Assembly (NCBI GenBank): GCA_029555085.1
Contig: JAKPTO010000026.1
Coordinates: 63,435 to 127,434 of the forward strand
Length of the DNA stretch: 64,000 nucleotides
Reading direction: 5' to 3'
Source: a bacterium
GTDB lineage: Bacteria; Patescibacteriota; Patescibacteriia; UBA1558; S5-K13
Numbering within the stretch: the stretch's first letter is position 1; each line of letters starts with the position of its first letter. A program made the position numbers and the translations under genes. The notes beneath the pieces were generated by a model that made no database searches, was not told the DNA's origin, and saw nothing but the letters and a program-made list of their open reading frames with translations. Below are positions 1-10,400 of the stretch, piece after piece.

Positions 1-2
1 TA

Positions 3-1085
3 CTTGGAACTGATACTATAAGCATTATGCCTGGCAAAGCAGAAGAAAATGGACCACCAGCTTCTGTCATGGGGATAATAATTACAACCCTAACATACGA
101 AGATGCAAAGGCGCTTCTCGAGAAAAAAAATTCTCAGCACATTATTAATGTTGCTGCTTACTCAAACACAAATGCGAATGTTTCCTGGGGTTCCCAGAGT
201 TCAAACTTTGATATAATAGGAACAAATGTAGGTCACTTAACAATGAATAATTTTAATGTCGAAAGTGGGAGATTTTTTACAATCGACGAGGAGAGTAATT
301 TGGCAAAAATAGCAGTTTTGGGTAGTCAAGCGAAAGAAGATTTATTTGGGGATTCTGATGCTATAGGAGAAAAAATAAAAATTAAAAAACAGGTCTTTGA
401 GGTAATAGGGATACTAGAAGAAAAAGGAACAGTTGCTTTTCAAAATTATGATGACAAAATTTTTATTCCTATAAAAACAATGCAAAAATTAATTGTTTCC
501 TCAGATGCTGTTGGGATTATAAGAGCAAAAGTAGACAACGAGAAAAATCTTCCTCTTGCTATAAAAGATGCTGAAACTACACTTCGCGAAAGACATGATA
601 TAAGAGATAATTCTGGAGAGGATGATGATTTTACTGTTAGTAGTCCCGCAGAAGCACTTGAGGCGATTGAAACTGTTACGGGTGCTTTAAAATTTTTCTT
701 AGCTGCGATGGGGGCAATTTCACTTATTGTGGGTGGAATTGGAATTATGAATATAATGCTTGTAAATGTCAGCGAACGCACAAATGAAATAGGTCTTAGA
801 AAAGCAATCGGAGCAAAAAATAACAATATCTTAGTTCAATTTTTAATAGAATCAACAATAATAACACTTTCTGGTGGAATTATAGGAATAATATTTGGGA
901 TACTTGTTTCTCTGCTTGTTAGTGTTATTGCTCAAGCACTAGATTATAATTGGGGATTCCATGTTTCAATGCTCTCAATAATTATGGGAATTATTGTTTC
1001 AAGCTCTATAGGAATAATTTTTGGACTATACCCAGCGAAAAAAGCTAGTAAACTTGATCCAATAGAAGCATTAAGATATGAATAA
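3..1085 (+). CDS. MacB/FtsX-family ABC transporter permease (5'-truncated by window edge)
   Basis: Frame is open back to the window start (LGTDTISIMPG). Shows GRFF, VGGIGIMNIMLVNVSERTNEIGLRKAIGA and C-terminal LDPIEALRYE motifs with TM helices. Confidence 0.92.
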   Translation, partial: LGTDTISIMPGKAEENGPPASVMGIIITTLTYEDAKALLEKKNSQHIINVAAYSNTNANVSWGSQSSNFDIIGTNVGHLTMNNFNVESGRFFTIDEESNLAKIAVLGSQAKEDLFGDSDAIGEKIKIKKQVFEVIGILEEKGTVAFQNYDDKIFIPIKTMQKLIVSSDAVGIIRAKVDNEKNLPLAIKDAETTLRERHDIRDNSGEDDDFTVSSPAEALEAIETVTGALKFFLAAMGAISLIVGGIGIMNIMLVNVSERTNEIGLRKAIGAKNNNILVQFLIESTIITLSGGIIGIIFGILVSLLVSVIAQALDYNWGFHVSMLSIIMGIIVSSSIGIIFGLYPAKKASKLDPIEALRYE

Positions 1086-2364
1086 TATGATAAGAATAAA
1101 AAATTCAATAAAACTCGCTATTAATTCAATGAAAACAAATAAGGGAAGAACTCTTCTTACTATTTTAGGTATGGTAATTGGTGTAATGAGTATTGTTGTG
1201 GTTTTTTCAGCTGGAGAGGGATTAAAGAAATTAATCATAAAACAAATTGAATCCTTCGGTACTGATATTATTGAAATTGAAACAAGAATCCCTGTGGGGA
1301 AAAATAAAATGGGCAATGAATCACATGAATCAGCCATGAGTATGGCTCAAGGAGTTCGAATAACAACACTAACATTAAAAGATGTAGAAGATATAAAAAA
1401 AATACCAAATATAGATGGCGGTTATGGTGCGTTAATGGGGCAAGAACTCGCAACCTATGGTAGTAAAAGAAAAAAAGCGTCTCTTTTTGGAGTTAGTGCT
1501 GATTTTATAAACATTGATAAAAGTGAAATAAATAAAGGTAGATTTTTTACCAATGCAGAAGATGAGTCGCTCACAAAGGTTGTAGTACTAGGCGCTGGAA
1601 TAAAAGAAGATTTGTTTGGTGACTCAGATGCAATAGGAAATTATATAAATTTAGGAAAATCAAAATACAGAGTAATTGGAATAATGAAAGAAAAAGGAGC
1701 TGCCATGGGAATGGACTTTAACAGATATATATATCTTCCCGTGCAAACTCTTCAAAAAAAAATCATGGGGATAGATTATTTAATGTATACTATATATAAA
1801 TTAAAAAACTCTGAAATCACAGATGAAACAGTAAAAGAAGTAAAAATTATCTTAAGAGAAAATCATGATATAAATAATCCCGACGATATAGTGGGTGTAG
1901 ATGATTTTACTGTTGTAACAATGGAAGAAATGATGAAAACCGTCAATAGTATTACAAAATATGTAACCGGCTTACTTCTTGCAATAGTAATAGTTTCTCT
2001 TGTGGTTGGTGGTGTGGGGATTATGAATATAATGTATGTAATAATAAGCGAAAGGACATTTGAAATTGGCCTTAGAAAAGCACTAGGAGCAAAAAATAAA
2101 GATATTATGTGGCAATTTCTCATGGAAGCAATAATAATATCAATTCTAGGGGCAATTTTAGGTATTATTCTAGGTATTCTACTATCACTACTTATAACTT
2201 TTGCTGCAAATGCTTATGGTCTTTCCTCGAGTTTTAAAATACCCATTTACGCTCTTTTCATATCTCTAATATTTGCGGTTTCCACTGGTCTTTTATTTGG
2301 TGTTTTTCCTGCAAAAAAAGCTGCGGAACTTAATCCAATAACAGCTCTTAGAAATAAAAATTAA
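1078..2364 (+). CDS. MacB/FtsX-family ABC transporter permease (second paralogue)
   Basis: RTLLTILGMVIGV N-terminus, VGGVGIMNIM...ERTFEIGLRKALGA, LNPITALR. Overlaps the upstream paralogue. Confidence 0.93.
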   Translation: MNNMIRIKNSIKLAINSMKTNKGRTLLTILGMVIGVMSIVVVFSAGEGLKKLIIKQIESFGTDIIEIETRIPVGKNKMGNESHESAMSMAQGVRITTLTLKDVEDIKKIPNIDGGYGALMGQELATYGSKRKKASLFGVSADFINIDKSEINKGRFFTNAEDESLTKVVVLGAGIKEDLFGDSDAIGNYINLGKSKYRVIGIMKEKGAAMGMDFNRYIYLPVQTLQKKIMGIDYLMYTIYKLKNSEITDETVKEVKIILRENHDINNPDDIVGVDDFTVVTMEEMMKTVNSITKYVTGLLLAIVIVSLVVGGVGIMNIMYVIISERTFEIGLRKALGAKNKDIMWQFLMEAIIISILGAILGIILGILLSLLITFAANAYGLSSSFKIPIYALFISLIFAVSTGLLFGVFPAKKAAELNPITALRNKN

Positions 2365-2372
2365 CCTATGGG

Positions 2373-2387
2373 CAAGCTCGAAGGTTG
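2373..2387. repeat. Single copy of palindromic repeat CAA(G/C)CTCGAAGGTTG
   Basis: caagctcgaaggttg, one mismatch to the repeat at 43385 and 49204. Lies between convergent stop codons. Confidence 0.7.
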
Positions 2388-2393
2388 AAAAAA

Positions 2394-3290
2394 TTATTTA
2401 TACATTTCATCAACCCATTCACCAATTTTTACAACTGCATCTTCACTGTCACTTCTTTTATAAACCGACAAAACCGCAACACAAATTTTCTTTTTCATGG
2501 GAGTTATATAACCAGCTGTAACATGAAATCTTGTTTCATTCAAAAAACCAGTTTTAGCTCCAAAATAATTCTGGGGATTATTTCTTAAATCATATACAGT
2601 GTGTTTTAAATTTATTTGTCTCCCCTCTCTTGTTGTGAAAGTATATTGTGGCTTGGAAGAATACTCGCTTATGTTTTCATTTGAAAATGCATGACATGTT
2701 ACTATTGCCATGTCGCGAGCACTTGTTAAATTTTTCATTGACAATCCCGATGGATCGTCAATTAATGTTTTTGTAAGTCCCCACTCGCTTGCAATTTTTC
2801 CCATATTTTCTAAAAATTGAGTTTTTGAAATTTCTGTAATTTTTGATAATTTATTTGCAGAATTATTTGCTGAAGCAATTAAAGTCGAAGCAAAAATATC
2901 TTTTATTTTTATTCTTTCTGTTGATTTTAATTTCAGAGTTACAAAAGAATCCCTTGGTCCAACATATTGCCTAAGATCTCCTTCGCTGTCTTGCCATGTT
3001 AAATTATAAGTTTTATTCCATAATGGAAAATGTTTTACAAACTCACTTGCGGTTATTAATTTCATCAAACTTGCGCTTGGCATCTGACGCTCTTCTTGAT
3101 GAAAATATAGCGGTTTCAAAGTTTCATATTCTATAACAGCTGCAGAAATATATGGAACATCTTTTCCGGTTTTCTCTTTATACCAATTTGTAAAATCAAC
3201 ATAATTATCTTTTTTCTCTAAAGCAAAACAATTTGCAGGAATTGCAACTATTAAAATAAATAAAAAAATGATTAAAAATTTATTTCGCAT
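2394..3290 (-). CDS. D-alanyl-D-alanine carboxypeptidase / serine hydrolase (peptidase S11)
   Basis: Signal peptide, SxxK (PSASLMK), SxN (ASAN), KTG (GAKTGF), DPSGL and TSARDMA motifs. Confidence 0.88.
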   Translation of the reverse strand: MRNKFLIIFLFILIVAIPANCFALEKKDNYVDFTNWYKEKTGKDVPYISAAVIEYETLKPLYFHQEERQMPSASLMKLITASEFVKHFPLWNKTYNLTWQDSEGDLRQYVGPRDSFVTLKLKSTERIKIKDIFASTLIASANNSANKLSKITEISKTQFLENMGKIASEWGLTKTLIDDPSGLSMKNLTSARDMAIVTCHAFSNENISEYSSKPQYTFTTREGRQINLKHTVYDLRNNPQNYFGAKTGFLNETRFHVTAGYITPMKKKICVAVLSVYKRSDSEDAVVKIGEWVDEMYK

Positions 3291-3329
3291 AAAACAATTA
3301 TATCACAAAAATATTCTTTAGAAAATTAT

Positions 3330-3446
3330 TATAAATCTTCACATCCTGAACCATTCCAAAATATCCACTGTATTTAAATTATCCTCTCTTACAACTCACC
3401 CATTCAAAACAAAAATTAATCCTAAAAATAAAATTAATTTTTTCAT
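3330..3446 (-). pseudogene. Probable lipoprotein gene remnant
   Basis: MKKLILFLGLIFVLNG followed by TGA (3396-3398) at the position of a lipobox Cys. Short disrupted frames follow. Confidence 0.35.
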
Positions 3447-3501
3447 ATTATTTATTTTATTTACTTTTTATTATTATTTTTAATATATTCCTCCAATACT
3501 T

Positions 3502-3798
3502 TTATATGCTCCCCCCTATCGCATAAACGAACATTTCACTTTGCTTCTTAACAACATATCGCATAAGCACAAATCCAAATCCACTAGTAATGGTAATGGT
3601 CATATTAAGAAATTTCTTATTGTCAAAAATAAGAAAAGAAAATATTCCCCAAAATATTCCTAATTTAAAAATAAAAGAGAGGAAACGCGGAAACATTTTC
3701 ATGAAAAATTGATAAATATTTAGAACAATCAATACTGGTTTTTCTATGGGCAGATATTTAAATATCTCTAAAAAATTATCTTTTTCAACTTGATTCAT
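3502..3798 (-). CDS. Hypothetical small membrane protein
   Basis: 98-aa ORF with two hydrophobic segments and no recognisable motif. Confidence 0.4.
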   Translation of the reverse strand: MNQVEKDNFLEIFKYLPIEKPVLIVLNIYQFFMKMFPRFLSFIFKLGIFWGIFSFLIFDNKKFLNMTITITSGFGFVLMRYVVKKQSEMFVYAIGGSI

Positions 3799-3900
3799 TT
3801 AAATTAGCTATATTATTTATTTGAATTATCTTGATTTAATTATATCAATAATTTTAAGAAAATACATTATCCTCTTGTCATGTTTCATAGTGGGGAAAAT

Positions 3901-3930
3901 AAAAGCTCTCTGAAAATTTTTCAGAGAGCT
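3901..3930 (-). terminator. Intrinsic terminator after the M23 gene
   Basis: agctctctgaaaa-t-ttttcagagagct inverted repeat, followed by a T-rich tract on the minus strand. Confidence 0.75.
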
Positions 3931-3936
3931 CATGAA

Positions 3937-6528
3937 TTATTTACTAAAAACCAGTTTCTTGTCAAAAGAAAATCCGTTTACATTTACCCGACAAATATAA
4001 ACACCGCTTGAGCAAATTTTTCCTGAATCATCTTTTGAATCCCAGTTAATAGTTGCTGATTTGGATTTTGTGGGGACAAACTTTTTTACAAGTTGTCCTT
4101 TGATGTTATAAATCGAAATTTGAACTTCAGATGGTTCTTTTGTGTCTTCTATATCAAACATTAAGCTTACTGTGGAGTTAAATGGATTTGGAAATATTTC
4201 AAATTTCTTTTTTAATAAATTCACTGTTTGACTTGGTGCGAGTATAAGTGACACATCATCAATCCAAACAGGAACATCTTGTTCTCCCAAATTCCATGAA
4301 ATGCGTGCAATTCCAGAACTTGTGGCAGTAAAGCTCATTGTATAATTTTGCCAATCAGTTCCAGTGCTCACAACTTGCCATAGGCCAAAATTATTCCAGG
4401 GAGAATTTTCATTATATAACTCTACCTGGATTTGTCTTTGTGAGGTAGATTTCGCCCAGAAAGACAAAGTATAATTTTGACCCGATACAATGTTTAAATT
4501 CTGGTACAATTGAACCTCGAAGTGCAAACCATTTTGATTGGGATCAATAAATATTGAGTTATTCCCTGAATGGTAAATAGAATTATCAATATAATAACTC
4601 GCTGTGGAATTGAGATCGCCAACCTCAAATGGTGCAAAATTTCCTGTTTCAAAACCAGGATTTATTATTAAATTATCTCCTTCTGTTTCCATATCAGATA
4701 TTTTTTCAAAAACAACATTATCAAAATATTTACAACCAGCTGACTCGCCAATCATAAAATTCAAACGCGCTAATTGATCAGTTGTATTTGCTATAAAAAT
4801 ATACTGATATTTTTTCCAAGTTGAAGTGAGATTAATCTCTTTCCATAGACCATAATTATTCCATGGATCATTGTTGTTTTGTATGCAAAATTTAATTCCC
4901 GATGCAGGATTGGATTTTGCCCAAAAAGAAACATTATATGACTCGCCTGATTCAATTTCAACAAGTTGCATAAGTTCTTCTTCGTAAAATAATCCGGAAT
5001 CACCAATATTGATTTCTGCTTTAAAGTTTCCATCAACGCAATCACCGGATGTTATATCGAAACTTGCGCTATTTCTACTGTCATTTAAAATCCAATAATT
5101 ACAAATTCCAGAATCAAATCCACCGTCTTCGAAGTCACCACCCTGATAATCAACCATTCCACCACCAGCAAAATATTGAATATTTTCTCCGGATTGAAAT
5201 GAATTAACATCGCTATCGGAAACTTCTAAAACATTAGCAAAATTAAACCCATAGGTATTGAAGGTTGATTCGTCTATAATGAGACGACGCAATCCATTTT
5301 CTATATAATAACAAGCTGGACCTGGACCAGAAATTAATTTTCCATCCATGATTTTTTCATAGCTTACAAATGGCGCAATCTGATAATAATTTAAAACATT
5401 TTGAGTAACTACTATATTAAAATTTGAATGATAATAGTTAATCATATAAACATTGTCAGAAAGCAATCTCAGAAGAATCTTTTGTCCAGTGTATGAAGAA
5501 GAAACTTCAATCCCTCGTTTAATAACATATCGTTCGTTCATGTTATTTACATTTTGCAATACTGTTCCGTATGGATAATCGCTTGAAGATGTAAGTTCAG
5601 ATCCTTCCGCAAATTGAGATAAATATGAACTTGTTGTTGGAATCCAAACATCCGCAGAGTATCCTAATTGTTGCCAATTATTTACCCTTCGCTTCACAAT
5701 TGTCGTAGAATTGTTTGACTGATAATCAAATACCCATCTCTGAGAATTCTCATCATAAACACAAGTTCCAACTTTTGGACTAATATCAGGACCAATTGAA
5801 AATGAATTGAATTCTTCTTGACTAATTTCAACTGCATCAGACCAGTCAAATCCCCAAGTATAAAAAGGTGTCTCACTAGTAAATCGTTGCATTTGCCTGT
5901 CACGAATCCAATAATAATTTGGAGTATTAGTTACATGAACCAATAAATCATCTGGTAGAATTCTTGGTTGTGAAACAACAATGCCTGGGAGTGATGGCGG
6001 GTTTGATACGAAATAATGTTTATCTGGATTACAACCATTATTATATTGTTGTGTGTTGTTACTATACCAACCATAGGGATCAATTGGTTCATTATTATAG
6101 TAAACACCAAAGTGAAGGTGAGGGTTGGTTGAATAACCAGTGTCACCCACCTTTCCTATAAATTGTCCTTGGTAAACAAATTCTCCGACAGAAACAGTTG
6201 CAGTATGGTAAAGCATGTGCGCGTATATTGTTTTGTAACCATTTCCATGGTCTATTTTCACATAATTACCATAATCCGTTCCTGTTCCATCTGGAATATC
6301 TCTTTGCACCGCAATAACCTGTCCACCATAAGCAGAAAGAATTCTTGTTCCCTCTACTGCGGAATAATCAATTCCGTAATTATAGTTATAACTATAACTA
6401 GGTGGATATTGCCAACCAGATGAAATTATAAAATTTCCTTCAATGGGGAGTGTGAATATATGATCCACACCGAACAAATAACCACAACACATTGTGATTA
6501 TTACTAGAATTGTCATGAGAGTTTTCAT
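3937..6528 (-). CDS. Secreted M23 peptidase-domain protein with two CBM4/9-like carbohydrate-binding domains and a C-terminal T9SS-sorting/FlgD-Ig-like domain
   Basis: M23: YGIDY, YGNYVKIDH, YAHM, IGKVGDTGYSTNPHLHF. CBM: NLIINPGFETG, YTLSFWAKS, WIDDVSL. CTD: FPNPFN...IYNIKGQLVK...WDSKDDSGKICSSGVY. Strong SD AGGAGGT at 6533-6539. Confidence 0.85.
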   Translation of the reverse strand: MKTLMTILVIITMCCGYLFGVDHIFTLPIEGNFIISSGWQYPPSYSYNYNYGIDYSAVEGTRILSAYGGQVIAVQRDIPDGTGTDYGNYVKIDHGNGYKTIYAHMLYHTATVSVGEFVYQGQFIGKVGDTGYSTNPHLHFGVYYNNEPIDPYGWYSNNTQQYNNGCNPDKHYFVSNPPSLPGIVVSQPRILPDDLLVHVTNTPNYYWIRDRQMQRFTSETPFYTWGFDWSDAVEISQEEFNSFSIGPDISPKVGTCVYDENSQRWVFDYQSNNSTTIVKRRVNNWQQLGYSADVWIPTTSSYLSQFAEGSELTSSSDYPYGTVLQNVNNMNERYVIKRGIEVSSSYTGQKILLRLLSDNVYMINYYHSNFNIVVTQNVLNYYQIAPFVSYEKIMDGKLISGPGPACYYIENGLRRLIIDESTFNTYGFNFANVLEVSDSDVNSFQSGENIQYFAGGGMVDYQGGDFEDGGFDSGICNYWILNDSRNSASFDITSGDCVDGNFKAEINIGDSGLFYEEELMQLVEIESGESYNVSFWAKSNPASGIKFCIQNNNDPWNNYGLWKEINLTSTWKKYQYIFIANTTDQLARLNFMIGESAGCKYFDNVVFEKISDMETEGDNLIINPGFETGNFAPFEVGDLNSTASYYIDNSIYHSGNNSIFIDPNQNGLHFEVQLYQNLNIVSGQNYTLSFWAKSTSQRQIQVELYNENSPWNNFGLWQVVSTGTDWQNYTMSFTATSSGIARISWNLGEQDVPVWIDDVSLILAPSQTVNLLKKKFEIFPNPFNSTVSLMFDIEDTKEPSEVQISIYNIKGQLVKKFVPTKSKSATINWDSKDDSGKICSSGVYICRVNVNGFSFDKKLVFSK

Positions 6529-6716
6529 TTTTACCTCCTATGAAAATTTCTCAATTTCTTTAAAAATGTTTCGAGAATAAAAAATCGCCAAAAAAATCTG
6601 ATAAATCAAATTAAGTTTGGCGACCCTGATTTTGAAATTATAAAAACCCAAGTCTCTTGTTAAAATTTAACAAGAATTAATAAATCGCTTTTCCTCGCTT
6701 TTATTTAATTGTTAAT

Positions 6717-7262
6717 CTACTTATTTATTAAAAAATCTTTAAATATACCCAAACTACCCACTCTAAATAAACCTATATTTTCTACTGTTTCGCAACCAAC
6801 CATCACTGGGGCATATTCGTCTCTACATGTGCTAGCTCTACAATTATCACCTGCATATTTATACTCTACAAACATATTTTGCTTTATTAGTTGCTCTGTT
6901 AATGCAAACGGGAAAACACTACTAACAGAATAAATACCTCTTGGAACCTCTAATCTGTAACCTTTTTTATTTCTATATTTAGAATTAATTACTTGATTAG
7001 GTGTGCAATAATAATTATTTGTTTCTATATTTTTCGCGCAAACCAAAGATCCATCTGGAACAATTTCTGATGGATAGCTTAATTCTCCCTCAATTGCCCC
7101 CATACAATTTTCTGATTGTATTTTTGTTGCTTCTCTTTCATCTGAAATACTCTGTGTATTGTTTATAATATTTTCTTGATTTTTACTATCATAAATTACA
7201 ATATATATAACAAGTGATATAAATAGTATTATTGAAATAATTATTAATATTTTTTTCCACAT
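6717..7262 (-). CDS. Hypothetical membrane-anchored protein (Cys-containing extracellular domain)
   Basis: N-terminal TM helix, GAIEGELSYPSE motif and several Cys. Confidence 0.75.
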   Translation of the reverse strand: MWKKILIIISIILFISLVIYIVIYDSKNQENIINNTQSISDEREATKIQSENCMGAIEGELSYPSEIVPDGSLVCAKNIETNNYYCTPNQVINSKYRNKKGYRLEVPRGIYSVSSVFPFALTEQLIKQNMFVEYKYAGDNCRASTCRDEYAPVMVGCETVENIGLFRVGSLGIFKDFLINK

Positions 7263-7357
7263 AAATTTATTTAATTTTATTAATTATAAATTAAAAATAC
7301 TTTTATAAATTAAAGATACTTCGATTTTTAAAAAATGTAAATACCAATTATTAACAT

Positions 7358-7390
7358 AAAAAAAGGCGTCGTATTACTACGACGCCTTTT
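7358..7390 (-). terminator. Intrinsic terminator after the 1707-aa gene
   Basis: aaaaggcgtcgta-ttac-tacgacgcctttt perfect stem with A/T tracts on both sides. Confidence 0.85.
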
Positions 7391-7416
7391 AGATTTTAAT
7401 AAAAATAACCAAATTT

Positions 7417-10400
7417 TTATTTTTTATATAAAGTGGAAACAAATCTTTGCATTCTGTCATTCAATACATCTAAAGCAATTCTTGTACTTTCTGGTGCGTT
7501 TTTTGGTATGCTCTTTAATGTGAGTTCCCAAAATTTTATCTCAAAATTATTTAACTTACTACTACCTGTTCTTTCCAGCTTTATATCGCTTAATAATTTA
7601 AATGCTTTATCGTGTACAATGTCTTTATTAGCACTCTCCGTAATTATTCTATATAATTCAGTACCTCGTTCTCGGCTATAAAAAAATGTTCCAACTGAAC
7701 TAACATCTGATGTCTGTTTAATAATGGAACCATTTTCATCAAATACTTGTTTAAGTGTTCCGCTTCTTCCCGCCTCCTTAAAAGTAACGAGCTTTGTATA
7801 ATCATCGAGCCATTTCTCTGTTATTGTTCCTGTATTTGTTTTTATAATTTCTATATTTGGCTCGGAAATCAATTCTTGAAAATTATTCTCTGTAATTTGC
7901 TCTAAGCCGGGACTTTGTGGATCAAGATCTGCATAATATTCCCCATGGTCTTTTTGAATTTCCAACACCCGATTATTACCAACATTCGTTTCAAATTTAA
8001 CTGGAATATTGTCTTCAACATCTTTCAATGCCTCTTCCAACTCAGAAAATGTATTAACTCTTTTAACTCCTAGTATCTCTGTTTGATTTTGAGCTATAGG
8101 CACACGATCTAATATATCTTCGACAGGTGTCCGTCCTGATATACCTTTGGTAGGCACATGATCTGGCTCAATAGTCAAATTTTGAACTGAGGATACTTGG
8201 TCTGATATATCTTCTATATTTGACTCAGAAATCAATTCTTGAAAATTATTCTCTGTAATTTGCTCTAAACCAGGGAGATTAGGATTAAAGTCTGTGTAAT
8301 ATTCTCCATTGTCCTCTATAATCCGTACAACATTACCACCAATTTCTACATCAGCCGAAGCACCTGCCTCTTTAAACTGAAATACTTCTTTCAAATCAGA
8401 AAAATCCCTAACCACTGGAACCTCTGATGTTTCTATAGGTACATTAGTCAATGTATCTGGGGTGACTTCTATACTTTCTGTAGGTACATGATCTAACATA
8501 TCTTCAGTGGGTACATGATCTGGTTTAATAACTGGGATTTCTGTATTACCATTATTAAACTCATCTTGCAACCTCGCTATTTGAAAATTTAACTCCTCTC
8601 CAGTATTTTGCTGTTGTGAAAGTAATTCTCGAGTTGCATTTAGTTCCTCAGATATCTTCGCTTGTATATTGGATGGAATATTTGGATCATCTAGCATTTC
8701 TTCTAATCTGGTAATTGATAATTTTGACTTTATTATATCATCATTTAACTCAAAATATTTACTTTGTAGCTCTTCTATTTGCTCAGGATAATTTGACTTA
8801 ACTATATCTTCTACGGGTAGCACTTCTCTTACATTTGTTGGTCTGACAATTTCTGAAACATTAGGACCATGTTTGGGCTTAATGACGCCCATTACATTAT
8901 CTACATAATGTTTGTAAAAACTTTCATAAGACTTGGGTTTGACAAAGGCAAAAACCTCGTTAGTTTCTGGATCAACGACAACTCTTGCTCCCGGCGCAAC
9001 AACATTTGCATCAAAATTTTTAAGAATCAATGGTTCGCCATTAGGTCCAGAAGTAACAAGTGTCATTTTTGAACCACGAGGCATGCTTATACCCAAAGTT
9101 TCAGAAACACTAGAGCCCTTAGCTACTGGAACGCCTTGATCTGCCAACTCTTGAATACGTTGAGGGTTCAAACCCTTAATATCTTGAAAATTAGATACAT
9201 CTGATTTTTTTGGAGAAAAACTTTGTGATGCCTCATTTATATCATCCGCTCGACTTGTTGAGATAACCTGATCTTTTTTACCAAAAACAGAGTTCTTCAA
9301 ATTCTCAAAAGACTTTCCTAATCTCTCCATTCTTGAAACTATATCAGCATAACTTACAAAATTATCTTTCATGTTTTCCAATACATTACCCTGAGTAAAT
9401 GTTTTGGTAAAACATTGTACCATGTTATCCACACTTGCACCAGATGTTTGTATTCCTGATAAAGCTTGCGTTCCCATACCAAGAGCCATTAATAATTCCC
9501 CCCAAGCTCTCATCATGGTAGTTTTTTTATCAAAACCTTTTAATTTTCTAACATCACTATGTTTTTTTAATTTATCATTTTCTACATAAAAACTTGATTC
9601 ATATCGTTTTCCAGATAATCCATAATATGTTTCTAAAAACATTGTTTTAAATGCATCTCCAAGATATTGATGTGCTTTCATTTTTTCGCCAACCTTATTC
9701 CAGGAATATTCCTTTTGATATTTCAATGCTGATTTATCTAATTTTCCACCAAATGCAAATATTCCATACATAGCACCTCGAAGTCCAGCCGCACCTATCC
9801 CGCCACCAAAAACCATAGCCGTATTAAGTGCATCTTTTACAAGTATACTTCCATTTACTGTTCCTTGTATATAATCTTGCAAAATATAATCTATTTTTTT
9901 TGACCTTTGTTTTCTTAAATCATTTTTTGATTCCAAATTCGTAAGTAGAACTTTGTTTAATCTATTTCTCATTGTCATCTGATCATGATCAGAAATAATA
10001 TACAATAACTTTTCTTTATCTGTTAATGAACCTTCGTTAAACTTTTTTTCTATTTCTTGTCTTTTTTCTTTTGGTAAATCATAATAATTCTGAGATCTGG
10101 CATTCTTTATCATTTCATTATATTGCATTGCTTTTTCTTTTACATCATCTACAGAAATTTTTTCATTTTTTATAAAATTTTCTCTAATTTTATTATTCTC
10201 CATTGAAAGAGTTTTTATTTTACGCTCTAATTCTTCTCTTTCTGTTTCATCTTTTGTGTTTTTATATATCTCTACATATCTAGATATTGCAGCAACTCTT
10301 CTTTTGTAATTATCATCTTGGTAAAGCTTCTGAAATTTTTCCTTATTAGAAGAAATCAACTCTGCTAAATCGCTTGTTTTCTTTTCTGCCTCAACCCTAT

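Noticed and set aside
6584-6675. Inverted repeats upstream of the M23 gene (tcgccaaa/tttggcga; tcttgttaaa-a-tttaacaaga)
   Set aside because: Compatible with an ordinary terminator or operator; no evidence for a riboswitch or ncRNA.
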